Shown in pieces: positions 46,115 through 56,482 of a stretch of 64,000 nt of DNA (positions within the stretch are counted from its first letter, which is position 1; each line of letters begins with the position of its first letter). This stretch comes from Myxococcales bacterium (GTDB taxonomy: Bacteria; Myxococcota_A; UBA9042; JABWCM01; BTVJ01). The notes below the pieces were generated by a model. That model was given only the letters and a program-made list of their open reading frames with translations. It was not told where the DNA came from and made no database searches. The translations under genes were made by a program, and so were the position numbers. The stretch covers positions 1 to 64,000 of the forward strand of contig BTVJ01000031.1 in the NCBI GenBank assembly GCA_045863395.1. The letters are read 5' to 3'.

Positions 46115-48676
46115 ATGCGTGCGCTCGTGGTCGCCCTGGGGGTGGTGCTCTGTGCTGGCTGCGTGGACGACGCCGGACCGCAGCCGGCTGCAGACGTCGG
46201 CGCAGGCGCGCCTGACGGGACCGACGGCACCGATGGAGACACCGCGGGCGGGGTGGACGCAGGTGGCTCGGACGCCACGACCGACGCCGGCCCGCCCCAG
46301 GACGACGACGGAGACGCAGGGGTGGACGCGGGCGGAGATGCCGGGAGCGCCCCGGACGTTCAACTGGACGTCCACGCGGACGGCGGTGGCGCCCCGGACG
46401 TCCAGGACGGGGGCGGTACGGACGCCACGACGGACACCGGGCAGTCCCAGGACGATGGCGGCGACGCGGGAGATGACGCGGAGGGAGACACCGGGGCCAT
46501 CCAAGACGTCCAGGTGGACGCCGGTACGACCGACACTGGCCAGACTGGGCAGGACGCGAGCGACGCGGCCGACGTACCTTGTCCGGGCGGCTGCGACGAC
46601 GGCGACGCCTGCACCGTGGACTCCTGCGGCGCCAGCGGGTGCGAGTCCCAGGCCCTCACGTGCGACGACGGGCTCGCCTGCACGGTCGACGGCTGCGACG
46701 CGGCCATCGGGTGCACCGCGGTCCCGCTCGCCTGCGACGACGGGGACCCCTGCACGACCGACGCCTGCGCCGAGCCGCTGGGCTGCTCGCACGCGCCCAC
46801 GACCTGCGACGACGGCAACGCCTGTACGGTGGACTCCTGCACGCCGGGCTCCGGGTGCGCCCACGCCCAGGTCTCCGGCTGCACGCCCTGCGTCTCGGTG
46901 CTGGCCTGCAACGACGGGGACCCCTGCACCGACGACGCTTGCACTGCGGGCGCATGCGCCCACACGCTGGCCACCTGCGACGACCTGAACCCCTGCACGG
47001 CCGACACGTGCGGTCCCGGCGGCTGCGCTCACCCCCCCGCCGAGTGCGACGACGGCGACGCCTGCACGACGGACGGCTGCGACCCGAGCAAGGGCTGCGC
47101 CCATGTGGCGCTCCCGTGCGACGACGGCGACGCCTGCACCGACGACCCGTGCGACCCGGTCAGCGGCGCCTGCGGCTACGTCCCGGTCGCCTGCGAGGAC
47201 GGCGACGCCTGCACCGTGGACACCTGCCTGCCCTGGGCCGGGTGCGCGCACGACCCGACGAGCTGCAACGACCTCGACGGCTGCACCGCCGACGCATGCG
47301 TCGCCGGCGCCTGCATCCACACGCCGCTTGCCTGCGAGGACGGCGACCCCTGCACGGCGGACGCCTGCGTGGAGGGCGTGGGTTGCGCTCACGAGCCGAC
47401 CTCGTGTGACGACGGCGACGGCTGCACGGTGGACTCCTGTGGTGCCACGGGTTGCACGCATGTCCCGAAGCCCTGCGACGACGGCAATGCCTGCACGGCC
47501 GACTCGTGCACATCGGGTGGCTGCGCCCATGCTCCGATCCCCTGCGACGACGGGATCTTCTGCACCGTCGACGGCTGCAACCCGGCGAGCGGCTGCACCC
47601 ACGCCACCCCGCCTGGCTGTGAGCCATGCGCCGCCGACGCACAGTGCGACGACGCCGACCCGTGTACCGCCGACGCCTGCACGGGGGCCAAGGTGTGCGC
47701 CCACACGCCGCTGCGAGGGTGCGCCACGTGCTCCAGCGACGCCCACTGCGCCGACGGCGACCCCTGCACCACCGACGCCTGCGACCTCGCCTCGTCGCGC
47801 TGCGTCCACGCAGCCGTCCCCTGCGACGACGGCGATCCGTGCACCACCGACGCGTGCTCGCCGGTCTCGGGCTGCACCCACCTGGCGGACGTCTGCGACG
47901 ACGGCGACCCGTGCAGCGCTGACGCTTGCACGCCGACCGGGTGCCTGCACACCCCTTCCCAGGCACCCGTGTGCGCCTGTGCCGGCCACGTGGACTGTGG
48001 CGACGGCGACGTCTGCACCGACGACCTCTGCGAGGCGGGCTTCTGCCGGCACCTCCCGGCGGGCTGCGACGACGGCCTCGCCTGCACGGCGGACGCGTGC
48101 GCGCCGGGGGCCGGGTGCGTCTGGGCGGATCTCTGCGCGGACGGCGACCCCTGCACCGACGACACCTGCGGCCCGCAGAGCGTGTGCGAGCACGACTTCG
48201 CGTGCGACGACGGTGACCCCTGCACCGACGACCTGTGCTCGGCGACCCAAGGGTGCCGCAGCGAGCCCGTCGATTGCGGCGACGGCGACCCCTGCACCTT
48301 CGACACCTGCACCGCGGGCTCCTGCACCAGCGAGCCACTGGCGGGCTGCGCCCCCTGCACGTCGACGGCCCAGTGCGCCGACGCCGACCCCTGCACCAGC
48401 GACACGTGCGAGGACGGCACGTGCCACAACCGGCCGCTGCCGTGCGACGACGGGGACCTGTGCACCGCGGACTCCTGCTCCCTGGCCACGGGGGGATGCG
48501 CCCACGCGCCCCTCTCGTGCGACGACGGCCACCCCTGCACCGTCGATGGGTGCGACCCGGCCCACGGCGGCTGCTACGGGACGCCAGTGCTGTGCGACGA
48601 CGGGGACGCCTGCACCCTGGACGCCTGCTCCTGGGCCAAAGGGGCCTGCATCCATGTCGCCATCTGTGGGGGTTGA
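46115..48676 (+). CDS. Lipoprotein (853 aa) of about 29 Dictyostelium-type Cys repeats
   Basis: GGAGGT RBS, ATG at 46115, lipobox CAGC, Asp/Gly linker, then CDDGDPCTxDxC repeats up to the C-terminus. Confidence 0.85.
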   Translation: MRALVVALGVVLCAGCVDDAGPQPAADVGAGAPDGTDGTDGDTAGGVDAGGSDATTDAGPPQDDDGDAGVDAGGDAGSAPDVQLDVHADGGGAPDVQDGGGTDATTDTGQSQDDGGDAGDDAEGDTGAIQDVQVDAGTTDTGQTGQDASDAADVPCPGGCDDGDACTVDSCGASGCESQALTCDDGLACTVDGCDAAIGCTAVPLACDDGDPCTTDACAEPLGCSHAPTTCDDGNACTVDSCTPGSGCAHAQVSGCTPCVSVLACNDGDPCTDDACTAGACAHTLATCDDLNPCTADTCGPGGCAHPPAECDDGDACTTDGCDPSKGCAHVALPCDDGDACTDDPCDPVSGACGYVPVACEDGDACTVDTCLPWAGCAHDPTSCNDLDGCTADACVAGACIHTPLACEDGDPCTADACVEGVGCAHEPTSCDDGDGCTVDSCGATGCTHVPKPCDDGNACTADSCTSGGCAHAPIPCDDGIFCTVDGCNPASGCTHATPPGCEPCAADAQCDDADPCTADACTGAKVCAHTPLRGCATCSSDAHCADGDPCTTDACDLASSRCVHAAVPCDDGDPCTTDACSPVSGCTHLADVCDDGDPCSADACTPTGCLHTPSQAPVCACAGHVDCGDGDVCTDDLCEAGFCRHLPAGCDDGLACTADACAPGAGCVWADLCADGDPCTDDTCGPQSVCEHDFACDDGDPCTDDLCSATQGCRSEPVDCGDGDPCTFDTCTAGSCTSEPLAGCAPCTSTAQCADADPCTSDTCEDGTCHNRPLPCDDGDLCTADSCSLATGGCAHAPLSCDDGHPCTVDGCDPAHGGCYGTPVLCDDGDACTLDACSWAKGACIHVAICGG

Positions 48677-48741
48677 ACATGCTCCCCAGACGGGTCTACT
48701 CTGAGGTCACATCACCCCTCACTGGTCGCCGGAGGTCTCCC

Positions 48742-51700
48742 ATGACCTGCGCTCGCCTGTCGCGTTCCATCGTGGCGCTCGTGGCCCTCCTGTCCACCAC
48801 CGCGCACGCCGACCCCCTCAGCCCCGTGGTCCAGGTGCAGGGCCTCGTGCAGACGGCCGGGGGCTCTCCGGCGTCGGGGGCGTTCCCCATGACCTTCCGC
48901 CTCTTCGGGCAGCAGGTGGGGGGCACCGCCCTCTTTACGCAGACCTTTGCGAGCGTGACGGTGACGACGGGACTCTTCGACGCGGCGGTGGGGCCTTTCC
49001 CGGATGGAGTCCTCGAGTCGGTCGCCGAGCCCTGGCTGGAGACGCAGGTGGGCACGGAGGTCATGCCCCGCACCCGCCTGCGCCCCGTCGCCTACGCGCT
49101 GGTGGCACGCACCGCCACCCTGGCGGCGACGGCGGCCGACCTCGCCTGCTCCGGCTGCGTGGGCGAGGACGAGCTCGGCGCCCCCTGGGCCCGCGCCGCC
49201 ACCCCCGGCGGCGCGGCGAGCGACCTCGCCTGCACGGGCTGCGTGTCGGCCGCGGAGCTCGCTACCGGCGCGGTCACCTCCGCGGCAATCCAAGACGGCT
49301 CCATCGGCGCCGCAGACGTCGGCTTCCCCTACGCCGCGTCGACCAGCGTCGCCGGACCGGCCGTGGACCTCGCCTGTACGGGCTGCGTCGGCTCCACCGA
49401 CCTCGCCGCCAACCTCACGCTGCAGGGCAACGTGACCACCACCGGCGGGCTGACCGCCTGCTCCGCGGGGCAGCCTGGGTGTGGCATCATCCTCGGTCCC
49501 ACGAAGCTCTCCAACGACAACGGCTTCCTGACCGTGCTCACGCAGGGTGGCGTGCGGGTCCGGAGCGAGGCCAACGACGCCTGGAGGCCCCTGGAGATGG
49601 GCGGCGGGCGCTCCTACGCGAAGTTCGTCGTCGATCCGGGCGACCTGACCGTCAGCGGCAAGGTGGGCGTGGGCATCGCCTCACCGGGGGCCTCCCTCCA
49701 CGTGGCGGGCGACTCGATCTTCGGCGGCCCGGTGACCTTCGCCTCCACCGTCACCTACGGCGGCGACCTGCTGCTCGGCGGCAACGTCGGCATCGGCACC
49801 AACAGCCCGGCGGCGCGCCTGGACGTGGTGGGGGGCATCAAGGCGAGCGGCCCCGTGCAGGTCGGGGTCGACAACGGCCCGTGCAACCAGTCCAAGGTGG
49901 GGGCGCTGCGGTGGAGCGGCACCACCATCGAGTACTGCAGCGGCACCGCCTGGCAGGCCATCTACGACCCCGCGGCCACCGGCGGGAGCCAGACCGAGGC
50001 CGCCGCGTCCTGCCTCGCCATCCTCCAGAACGGCTACGCCAATGGCGACGGCTTCTACTGGGTCGACCCCAACGGCGGCTCCAACAACGACGCCTTCCGC
50101 GTCTGGTGCGACATGACCACCGACGGCGGCGGCTGGACCCTGCTCTTCAACCTGGACTCCACCGACGGCGCCCGCCACGACCACGACGACACCGCCTTCT
50201 GGCTCGGCACGGGGGTGGAGAACGAGATGACCAGCGCGCTGGCGACCGGCATCAAGACGCAGGCGTTCACGAAGATCGAGGGCGGCACGGAGATGATGGT
50301 CCTGGCCCACACCAAGGGGGTCAAGAAGGGCTTCGCCACCTACACCATCAAGCAGTCATACCGCGGCAAGTCCATGCACTGGCTCATGAACAACGTGACG
50401 GCGGGCACGCTCACGTCGAAGCGCAAGGCGGCCGGGGGCACCGTGGGGGCGACCCTCAACGTGGACCGCCCGCAGCCTGAGTTTGGCGACCCGTTCATCA
50501 ACCACGACGAAGCGCTCGTGGTCAACCGCCAGAACGCCTGGGGAGCCGCCGAGAACAAGGCCCGGCTGGCGACCACGCTCACGAACACCAGCTATGGCCA
50601 CACGTTCGACGGGTTGGGCGGGCGCCACTTCTATGGGGGGTGGGGCCTGATGTACGAGTCGGCGCCCATCACGTCCTACTGCGACGAACGCAACCTCTAC
50701 GGTGCCGACGGCAACTACGCAGGCCACCCGAGCGGCGGAAACGTCGCATCGACCCCCTCGTGCCGCCACGGCGCCTTCGCCTGGCTGCCCATCGACACGG
50801 CGGTCTTCGTGCGCGAGACGGACCTGACGGCCGAGAAGGACGGCTCCTCGCAGGTGCTGGCTGCCCCGTCATGCGCCGCATTGGCCTCCTTGGGCAAGGA
50901 CCAGGACGGCCTCTACTGGATCGACCCGAACGGCGGCGCCACGGCGGACGCGTTCCCGATCTACTGCGATCTGAACAGCGCGGGCGGCGCCGGCTTCGAG
51001 GTGGTCGCCTCCTGCAAGGACGCGCTGGCCAAGGGGCTCTCGAAGGGCGACGGCGTCTACCTCATCGACCCGCTGACGCCCACCACCGGGGCCAACCGGT
51101 TCCTGACCTGGTGCGACATGACCACCGACGGAGGCGGCTGGACGCTGCTGTTCAACCTGGACTCCGGCGACGGCGCCAACCACCACTACGACGACACCGG
51201 CTTCTGGCTCGGGACGGGGACCGAGGGCTCCCCGGGCTCCGCGCTCACGGCGGGCTTCAAGTCAGCGGCCTACAGCAAGTTCGTGAAGTCCGAGGAGCTC
51301 CTCGTCGTGCTGCACCAGGGCGGCACCAAGAAGGGGCACGCCCGGTACGCGCTCTCGTCGCTCTTCAAGGGGCGCACCATGCACTGGATGCAGAACAACC
51401 TGGTGCACCAGCCGATCACCGGGGGGCGCGTGGCGGGCAGCGGCACGGCAGGCGCGACCCACAACACCCTGCGCCCGCAGTCTCAGTTCGGCGACCCCTT
51501 CATCGACAAGACGAGCCCGCTCATGATCAACCGCCAGACGGCGTGGGGCTCCGAGAATCGCGCCCGCGTGGCCACGACGCTGACCAACACCGAGTATGGC
51601 CACACCTTCGACGGCCTCGGTGGGCGGCACGAGTATGGCGGCTGGGGGACCCTCTACGAGTCGGCCCCCATCTCTTCCTACTGCGACATCCGCAACCTCT

Positions 51701-52809
51701 ACGGTGGAGACTCCAACTACGCCGGCCACCCTGGTGGTGGCAGCGTCCCGTCCCAGTCGAGCTGCCGCCACGGCTCGTTCGCGTACCTCCCGCTCGACAC
51801 GGCCGTCTATATGCGGGAGGCGGACCCGCTCGGCGGCGCCGACGGTTCGTCCCAGGCCCTGGCGGCCCCGTCGTGCTTCCACGTCCCGCCGACCAGCGCC
51901 GTCTACTGGATCGACCCGAACGGCGGCTCCACGGCCGACGCCTTCCAGGTGTTCTGCGACCAGACGACGGACGGCGGCGGCTGGGCTGTGACCGCGTCGT
52001 GCAAGGACGCCCTCGCAAAGGGCCTGTCCGTCGGCGACGGCGTCTACATGATCGACCCGGTCACCCCGTCCACGGGCGCCAACCGGTTCCTGGCCTGGTG
52101 CGAGATGACCACGGCAGGCGGCGGCTGGACCTTGGTGTTCAACGCGGCGTCCCGGGACGGCGTCCGCCACACCTACGACGACACGACCTTCTGGACCGGC
52201 ACCGGCACGGAGGGCAGCGTCTGGGCAGCCCTCGGCACGGGCTACAAGGGTCAGGCGTACTCGGCGCTGCCCATCGCCGCCGAGACGCTCGTCTTGATCC
52301 ACGACGCCGGGACCAAGAAGGCCCACGCGGTCTACGACGTGGTCGGGGCCCAGCAGGGCCGCACCTTCCAGTGGTGGGCGGCGAACCTGTCGGACACCGT
52401 GGTCACGGCGCCGCGCAAGGCCGCATCCGGGACAGTCGGGGCGACCCTCAACGTGTGGCGCCCCCAGACGAAGTACGGAGACCTGTTCGTGGACAACCCG
52501 GAGGCGCTGGTCATCAACAAGCAGAGTGGATGGAGTGCCACCGAGAACAGGAACCGCCTGGCGACGACCCTGACGAACACGCTCTACGGGCACACTTTCG
52601 CCGGCCTCGGCGGCCGCCACGCCTACTCCGGCTGGGGCACCGTGTACGAGTCGGCGCCGATCTCCTCCTACTGCGACCTCACGAACGGCTACGGCACCGA
52701 CTCCAACTACGCTGGCCACCCGAGCGGAGGCAGCGTGCCCACCCAGAGCTCTTGCCGCCACGGCAGCTTCACCTGGCTGCCCGTGGACACGGCGGTGCTC
52801 GTGCGCTGA
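48742..52809 (+). CDS. Secreted tail-fibre-like adhesin (MAT-like), 1355 aa, with three fibrinogen/intelectin-like domains
   Basis: GGAGG RBS; signal peptide ending TAHA/D; N-domain paralogous to the 15470 protein. Contains DLACxGCV x3, GNVGIGTNSPAARLDVVG, and three WC(D/E)MTTxGGGWTL domains. Confidence 0.82.
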   Translation: MTCARLSRSIVALVALLSTTAHADPLSPVVQVQGLVQTAGGSPASGAFPMTFRLFGQQVGGTALFTQTFASVTVTTGLFDAAVGPFPDGVLESVAEPWLETQVGTEVMPRTRLRPVAYALVARTATLAATAADLACSGCVGEDELGAPWARAATPGGAASDLACTGCVSAAELATGAVTSAAIQDGSIGAADVGFPYAASTSVAGPAVDLACTGCVGSTDLAANLTLQGNVTTTGGLTACSAGQPGCGIILGPTKLSNDNGFLTVLTQGGVRVRSEANDAWRPLEMGGGRSYAKFVVDPGDLTVSGKVGVGIASPGASLHVAGDSIFGGPVTFASTVTYGGDLLLGGNVGIGTNSPAARLDVVGGIKASGPVQVGVDNGPCNQSKVGALRWSGTTIEYCSGTAWQAIYDPAATGGSQTEAAASCLAILQNGYANGDGFYWVDPNGGSNNDAFRVWCDMTTDGGGWTLLFNLDSTDGARHDHDDTAFWLGTGVENEMTSALATGIKTQAFTKIEGGTEMMVLAHTKGVKKGFATYTIKQSYRGKSMHWLMNNVTAGTLTSKRKAAGGTVGATLNVDRPQPEFGDPFINHDEALVVNRQNAWGAAENKARLATTLTNTSYGHTFDGLGGRHFYGGWGLMYESAPITSYCDERNLYGADGNYAGHPSGGNVASTPSCRHGAFAWLPIDTAVFVRETDLTAEKDGSSQVLAAPSCAALASLGKDQDGLYWIDPNGGATADAFPIYCDLNSAGGAGFEVVASCKDALAKGLSKGDGVYLIDPLTPTTGANRFLTWCDMTTDGGGWTLLFNLDSGDGANHHYDDTGFWLGTGTEGSPGSALTAGFKSAAYSKFVKSEELLVVLHQGGTKKGHARYALSSLFKGRTMHWMQNNLVHQPITGGRVAGSGTAGATHNTLRPQSQFGDPFIDKTSPLMINRQTAWGSENRARVATTLTNTEYGHTFDGLGGRHEYGGWGTLYESAPISSYCDIRNLYGGDSNYAGHPGGGSVPSQSSCRHGSFAYLPLDTAVYMREADPLGGADGSSQALAAPSCFHVPPTSAVYWIDPNGGSTADAFQVFCDQTTDGGGWAVTASCKDALAKGLSVGDGVYMIDPVTPSTGANRFLAWCEMTTAGGGWTLVFNAASRDGVRHTYDDTTFWTGTGTEGSVWAALGTGYKGQAYSALPIAAETLVLIHDAGTKKAHAVYDVVGAQQGRTFQWWAANLSDTVVTAPRKAASGTVGATLNVWRPQTKYGDLFVDNPEALVINKQSGWSATENRNRLATTLTNTLYGHTFAGLGGRHAYSGWGTVYESAPISSYCDLTNGYGTDSNYAGHPSGGSVPTQSSCRHGSFTWLPVDTAVLVR

Positions 52810-52889
52810 GGCTGGCCACTCGGACACCAGGCTCGTAGAATCCTGCCCGAGCGGCGCCGTGCCGCCTCCCCCCAGCCAGGAGCGATGCC

Positions 52890-53975
52890 ATGAGTGCCCT
52901 CCCCGCGCACGCCCCAGCCGCCCTCTTTGCCGTCGCCCTCACGACGGGGCTGCTCCCGACGACCTCCCGCGCCAACGACTCCTCCTACGCTGGCTGCGCT
53001 GGCGCCCCGGCTACCATGGCCGGCGAGACCTGCGTCCCCGAGAAGCGCGACGACGTCCTGCTCGCCGACGAGGCGCTGCGCTTCACCGAGACGCTGGTGG
53101 ACGGCAAGAGCGTCTGGGAGGTGGAGGCCCGCTACACGTTTCGGAATCGGGGCGCGGACGTCACCCTGCAGGTGGGCTTCCCCATCGACGACCCCATGAC
53201 GGAGACTCCCGGCGCCCAGGCCGTCGAGGGCTACGCGGTGACCGTGGACGGCGCCCCCGCCACCTGGCGCGCGTTCGAGCCCGCCAAGGAGGGCGATGAC
53301 GCGTCGCGGGCACAGGCGCGAGCCTTCGGCTACGACCGGGTCCACCTGACGGAGGTCCACTTCCCCGGTGGTGGCGAGCGCACCCTGACCCACACCTACC
53401 GGGCCCGGGCCAGCAACAACAACTATTGGATGGCGTGGCACACCTACATTCTCAAGACAGGCGGCCACTGGAAGGGCGGGCGCATCGGACACATCGTCGT
53501 CACGGTGACCCACGCGCGCCCGGTCGCCTATGACCACCACTCCGCGAGCCTGAGGGGAGGCACGTGGGACGCTGCGACCCGCACCTGGCGCTGGGAGGCG
53601 AGCGGCTGGGAGCCGACGACGGACCTGAACTACCTCTGGGGCAACCCGGAGGCCATCGCCTGGGAGTCTGGGCAGCTCGGCGACCTGGACGAGGCCGATC
53701 TGAGCACGGTGAAGACAGACAGGCTCAGGAGCGCGCTGACAAAGATCCTCCAGGTGTTTCGCCACGGGGCACTGCCGGCGCGGCGCACCTACGACCCGCG
53801 AGGCAAGCTGCTCCGAGAGGCGTGGGGCCGGAGTCTCCACCCGGTCACCCCGGCGCCGGACCCGAACCTGACGCTGGCCGACCTGGCGGGAGAGACCCGA
53901 GCGCTCGTGCTCGCGCTGGACCGGGAGCTGGAGAGGCGGAAGGCGCGGAGGGTGGCGCTGCCGCCGGCGCGTTGA
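52890..53975 (+). CDS. Secreted DUF4424-like protein
   Basis: Signal peptide, then NDSS..., VEARYTFRN..DVTLQVGFP, VTVDG and YILKTGGHWKGGRIG. Confidence 0.65.
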   Translation: MSALPAHAPAALFAVALTTGLLPTTSRANDSSYAGCAGAPATMAGETCVPEKRDDVLLADEALRFTETLVDGKSVWEVEARYTFRNRGADVTLQVGFPIDDPMTETPGAQAVEGYAVTVDGAPATWRAFEPAKEGDDASRAQARAFGYDRVHLTEVHFPGGGERTLTHTYRARASNNNYWMAWHTYILKTGGHWKGGRIGHIVVTVTHARPVAYDHHSASLRGGTWDAATRTWRWEASGWEPTTDLNYLWGNPEAIAWESGQLGDLDEADLSTVKTDRLRSALTKILQVFRHGALPARRTYDPRGKLLREAWGRSLHPVTPAPDPNLTLADLAGETRALVLALDRELERRKARRVALPPAR

Positions 53976-53995
53976 GATGGCAAGCTGGCTGTGCG

Positions 53996-55726
53996 CTACT
54001 TCGACTTCTGCTCGTCGTGCTGCCGCTGGGCCTCATTGCCGGCCATGCCGCCGGTGACACCAGCGACCGTGAACTGGAACCGCTCAACGTCAGTGGCACG
54101 GGAGAGCGCCTCCTCTCCCAGCATCTTCACGGCGTCGCCCGCCGTCAGGTCACCCTTGGCGGCGCGCTTGGCCGTCGCCTGGAAGGCCCCGGTGACGCTG
54201 CCGAGCAGGTGGGACTCCAACACGGACACGCCGGCTTGTACTACCGATGACGGGGCGACGGATGTACCGAGGGTTCGCTGGATCCGGGCCGCCAGGTCCC
54301 TGGTGATCGCGGCCTTCTGTCCGGCGTAGAGGGACTGAAACCTGCTGACGGCCATGCCCGTGGCCAAGCTCCATGCGGCGGTGTCGAGGGCCGTCTCGGC
54401 GAGAGCGCCAGTGTCGCTCCACTCCAGCCCACCGCCGTTCATCTCCTTGTCGGCGCCCGCTGCGATCACGGCGACGCCAGCATCGATGGCCGCACTGACC
54501 AGCGGTCCACCAGGCCCCTGCGCAATGACCCACTTGAGGGCGGCGATGAGCCCAGTCTTCGCGGTCTCTGCGCACAGCGCGCCGCGCTCGGCCAGCTCCG
54601 CCTCCTGCGCGCCCACCTTGCGGGCCATGGCCGACGTGTCGGCGTCCCGAACACCGAGCCTCTCCAGATGACCATGGAACTGGATGAGCGCAGGGGCCGC
54701 ATCTCGGAGGCGCGGAGCCACCTGTGCGATCATTGCGGCCTGCTCGGCCACCTGGTCCATCTCGGCCGCGACCTGGCCCTGGCCAGTGCGGAACGGCACC
54801 ACGGCGTCGATGAAGCTCCGCGCCATGAGCTCCGGAGCAGTCAGCTTACCGATCTGGACGTGGCGGTACATGGCCGCCTTGCCAGCCGCCGAGGCGCCGA
54901 GGACGCTGGCCGAGGCGCGCAGCCGCATCGCGTAGGCTTCGAGGACCTGGGCGAAGCGCGTCGCCTCGTCGGGGCTCGGCGTCGGCGGCAGGCCGCGCTG
55001 CAGCTCGGTTCGGAGGGCATCGAGGCTCCCGGCCGCGAAGACCTCCACCTGGCTCGCCTTCGTCCGGGCGGGGACCTGCGGGGCGGCAGGGGCGGCAGGA
55101 GCGGCAGGGGCGGCAGGGGCGACGCCACGATCCGCGTCGTGGGCGACCGGAGCGGGGCGGCTGGCGGGCGAGACCTCCGGGACACCATCCTGGACCGGCG
55201 CCGGCGCGACGCCAGGGAGCGCTGCCTGGAGTCGCTGGAGGGCGTGCTGTTCGCGCCCCTGCGCCGCGGCGCGCGCCACGATGGCCTGTGCGATCACGCT
55301 CGCGTCCACCGGGGCGCTGATCACCGCGAGGGCCTGAGCGGCCCCCGCCACGTCCTCCTTGCCCGTGGCCATGTGGGCGTGGACGAAGCGGCCGGCAAAC
55401 TCGGGGGCTCTTCGCGCCTCCACGACGGCCGCCGCCGAAGCAGCGACCAGGTCGGCGACGTCGAGACCGTTCTGCTCGGCGAGGGCTCGCGCGGCCTCCT
55501 GGAGACGCTGCAATGCAAAGGGTTGGGGGGCCGCGTCCCACGCCAGGCGCCGAATCTCGTCCCGGACCCCGTCGGGGCCGGAGGTGCAGGCGGCCAGCGT
55601 GGCTCCGGAGTCTACGGTGCGGGGCTGGCCTGAGTGCTTGCCATTGGGTCGGTCGCGTGCGGGCTCGGGGCGGGTCGTGTCCTTCTGGAGCTCTGAGATG
55701 CGCTGCGCTGCCTGCCTGTGGCCCAT
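53996..55726 (-). CDS. Hypothetical Ala-rich helical protein (576 aa) with no signal peptide
   Basis: AGGAGG RBS before the ATG at 55726; Pro/Ala linker (9-bp repeat at 55081-55121); small-hydrophobic C-terminal helices. Confidence 0.65.
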   Translation of the reverse strand: MGHRQAAQRISELQKDTTRPEPARDRPNGKHSGQPRTVDSGATLAACTSGPDGVRDEIRRLAWDAAPQPFALQRLQEAARALAEQNGLDVADLVAASAAAVVEARRAPEFAGRFVHAHMATGKEDVAGAAQALAVISAPVDASVIAQAIVARAAAQGREQHALQRLQAALPGVAPAPVQDGVPEVSPASRPAPVAHDADRGVAPAAPAAPAAPAAPQVPARTKASQVEVFAAGSLDALRTELQRGLPPTPSPDEATRFAQVLEAYAMRLRASASVLGASAAGKAAMYRHVQIGKLTAPELMARSFIDAVVPFRTGQGQVAAEMDQVAEQAAMIAQVAPRLRDAAPALIQFHGHLERLGVRDADTSAMARKVGAQEAELAERGALCAETAKTGLIAALKWVIAQGPGGPLVSAAIDAGVAVIAAGADKEMNGGGLEWSDTGALAETALDTAAWSLATGMAVSRFQSLYAGQKAAITRDLAARIQRTLGTSVAPSSVVQAGVSVLESHLLGSVTGAFQATAKRAAKGDLTAGDAVKMLGEEALSRATDVERFQFTVAGVTGGMAGNEAQRQHDEQKSK

Positions 55727-55938
55727 GGAGGCTCCTCCTGTGTGATTGGTCAGCTCCCGCGGTGGGGATCGTGGGCGCCGCTTCGTGCCGCCGTGCTCCA
55801 GGTTGCGCGGTTTGTGCACCACCCTTCCCCCGGACCCGCGCACGGCGCTGCGCGGTTGCCCTACGACCCGCTCCCGAGGCCGCGCACGCGCCTTCGCGCC
55901 ACTGGCACATCCGCATGAAATCAGAGCACTTCTCACAC

Positions 55939-55954
55939 TGGCACGCTCCTCGCT
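55939..55954 (+). promoter_or_regulatory. Putative sigma54 promoter TGGCACG-CTCC-TCGCT
   Basis: Exact GG-N10-GC spacing, 30 nt upstream of the GtrA-family start. Confidence 0.55.
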
Positions 55955-55984
55955 TCCCTCGGGGGGCACACATGGAGGTGTCTC

Positions 55985-56398
55985 GTGATTGGAGTGTCAT
56001 CGGTGGAGATCCTGGTGCGGAGCCTGCTCGTGGGGGTCGTGGCGACGGTGGTCGATCTCGCGGCGCTGTGGGCGCTGGTCGACGGGCTCGGCTGGGCGGC
56101 GGTGGCGGCCAACGTGCCGGCGCTGGCGCTCGGTCTGTGTGTGCAGTTCGCGGGCAACAAGTGGTTCGCGTTCCGTGACCCGTCGCGTGACTACGCACGG
56201 CAAGGGGCGGCCTTCCTGGCGGTGGAGGCGGGCGCCTTCACGCTGAACGCGGCGGCCTTCCACGCCCTCTCCGTCTTGGGGGCCGGGTGGATGGCCGCGC
56301 GGCTCGTCGCCTCGGCGGCGGTGTACGTCGGCTTCAGCCTGCCGCTCTGGGGGCGCATCTTCCAGCCGTCCGCGGAGACGGTGGGGCAGGCGCGGTAG
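55985..56398 (+). CDS. GtrA-family membrane protein
   Basis: Four hydrophobic segments; LVGVVATVVDL, ANV, QFAGNKWFAF; GGAGGT RBS. Confidence 0.85.
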   Translation: MIGVSSVEILVRSLLVGVVATVVDLAALWALVDGLGWAAVAANVPALALGLCVQFAGNKWFAFRDPSRDYARQGAAFLAVEAGAFTLNAAAFHALSVLGAGWMAARLVASAAVYVGFSLPLWGRIFQPSAETVGQAR

Positions 56399-56482
56399 CG
56401 ACGGCCTCACCCACCGGAGTTCTCTCCTTGACGCAGTGCCGGACTCGGGCGGATCATCGAGACCCAACCAGCGGGGTGAACG

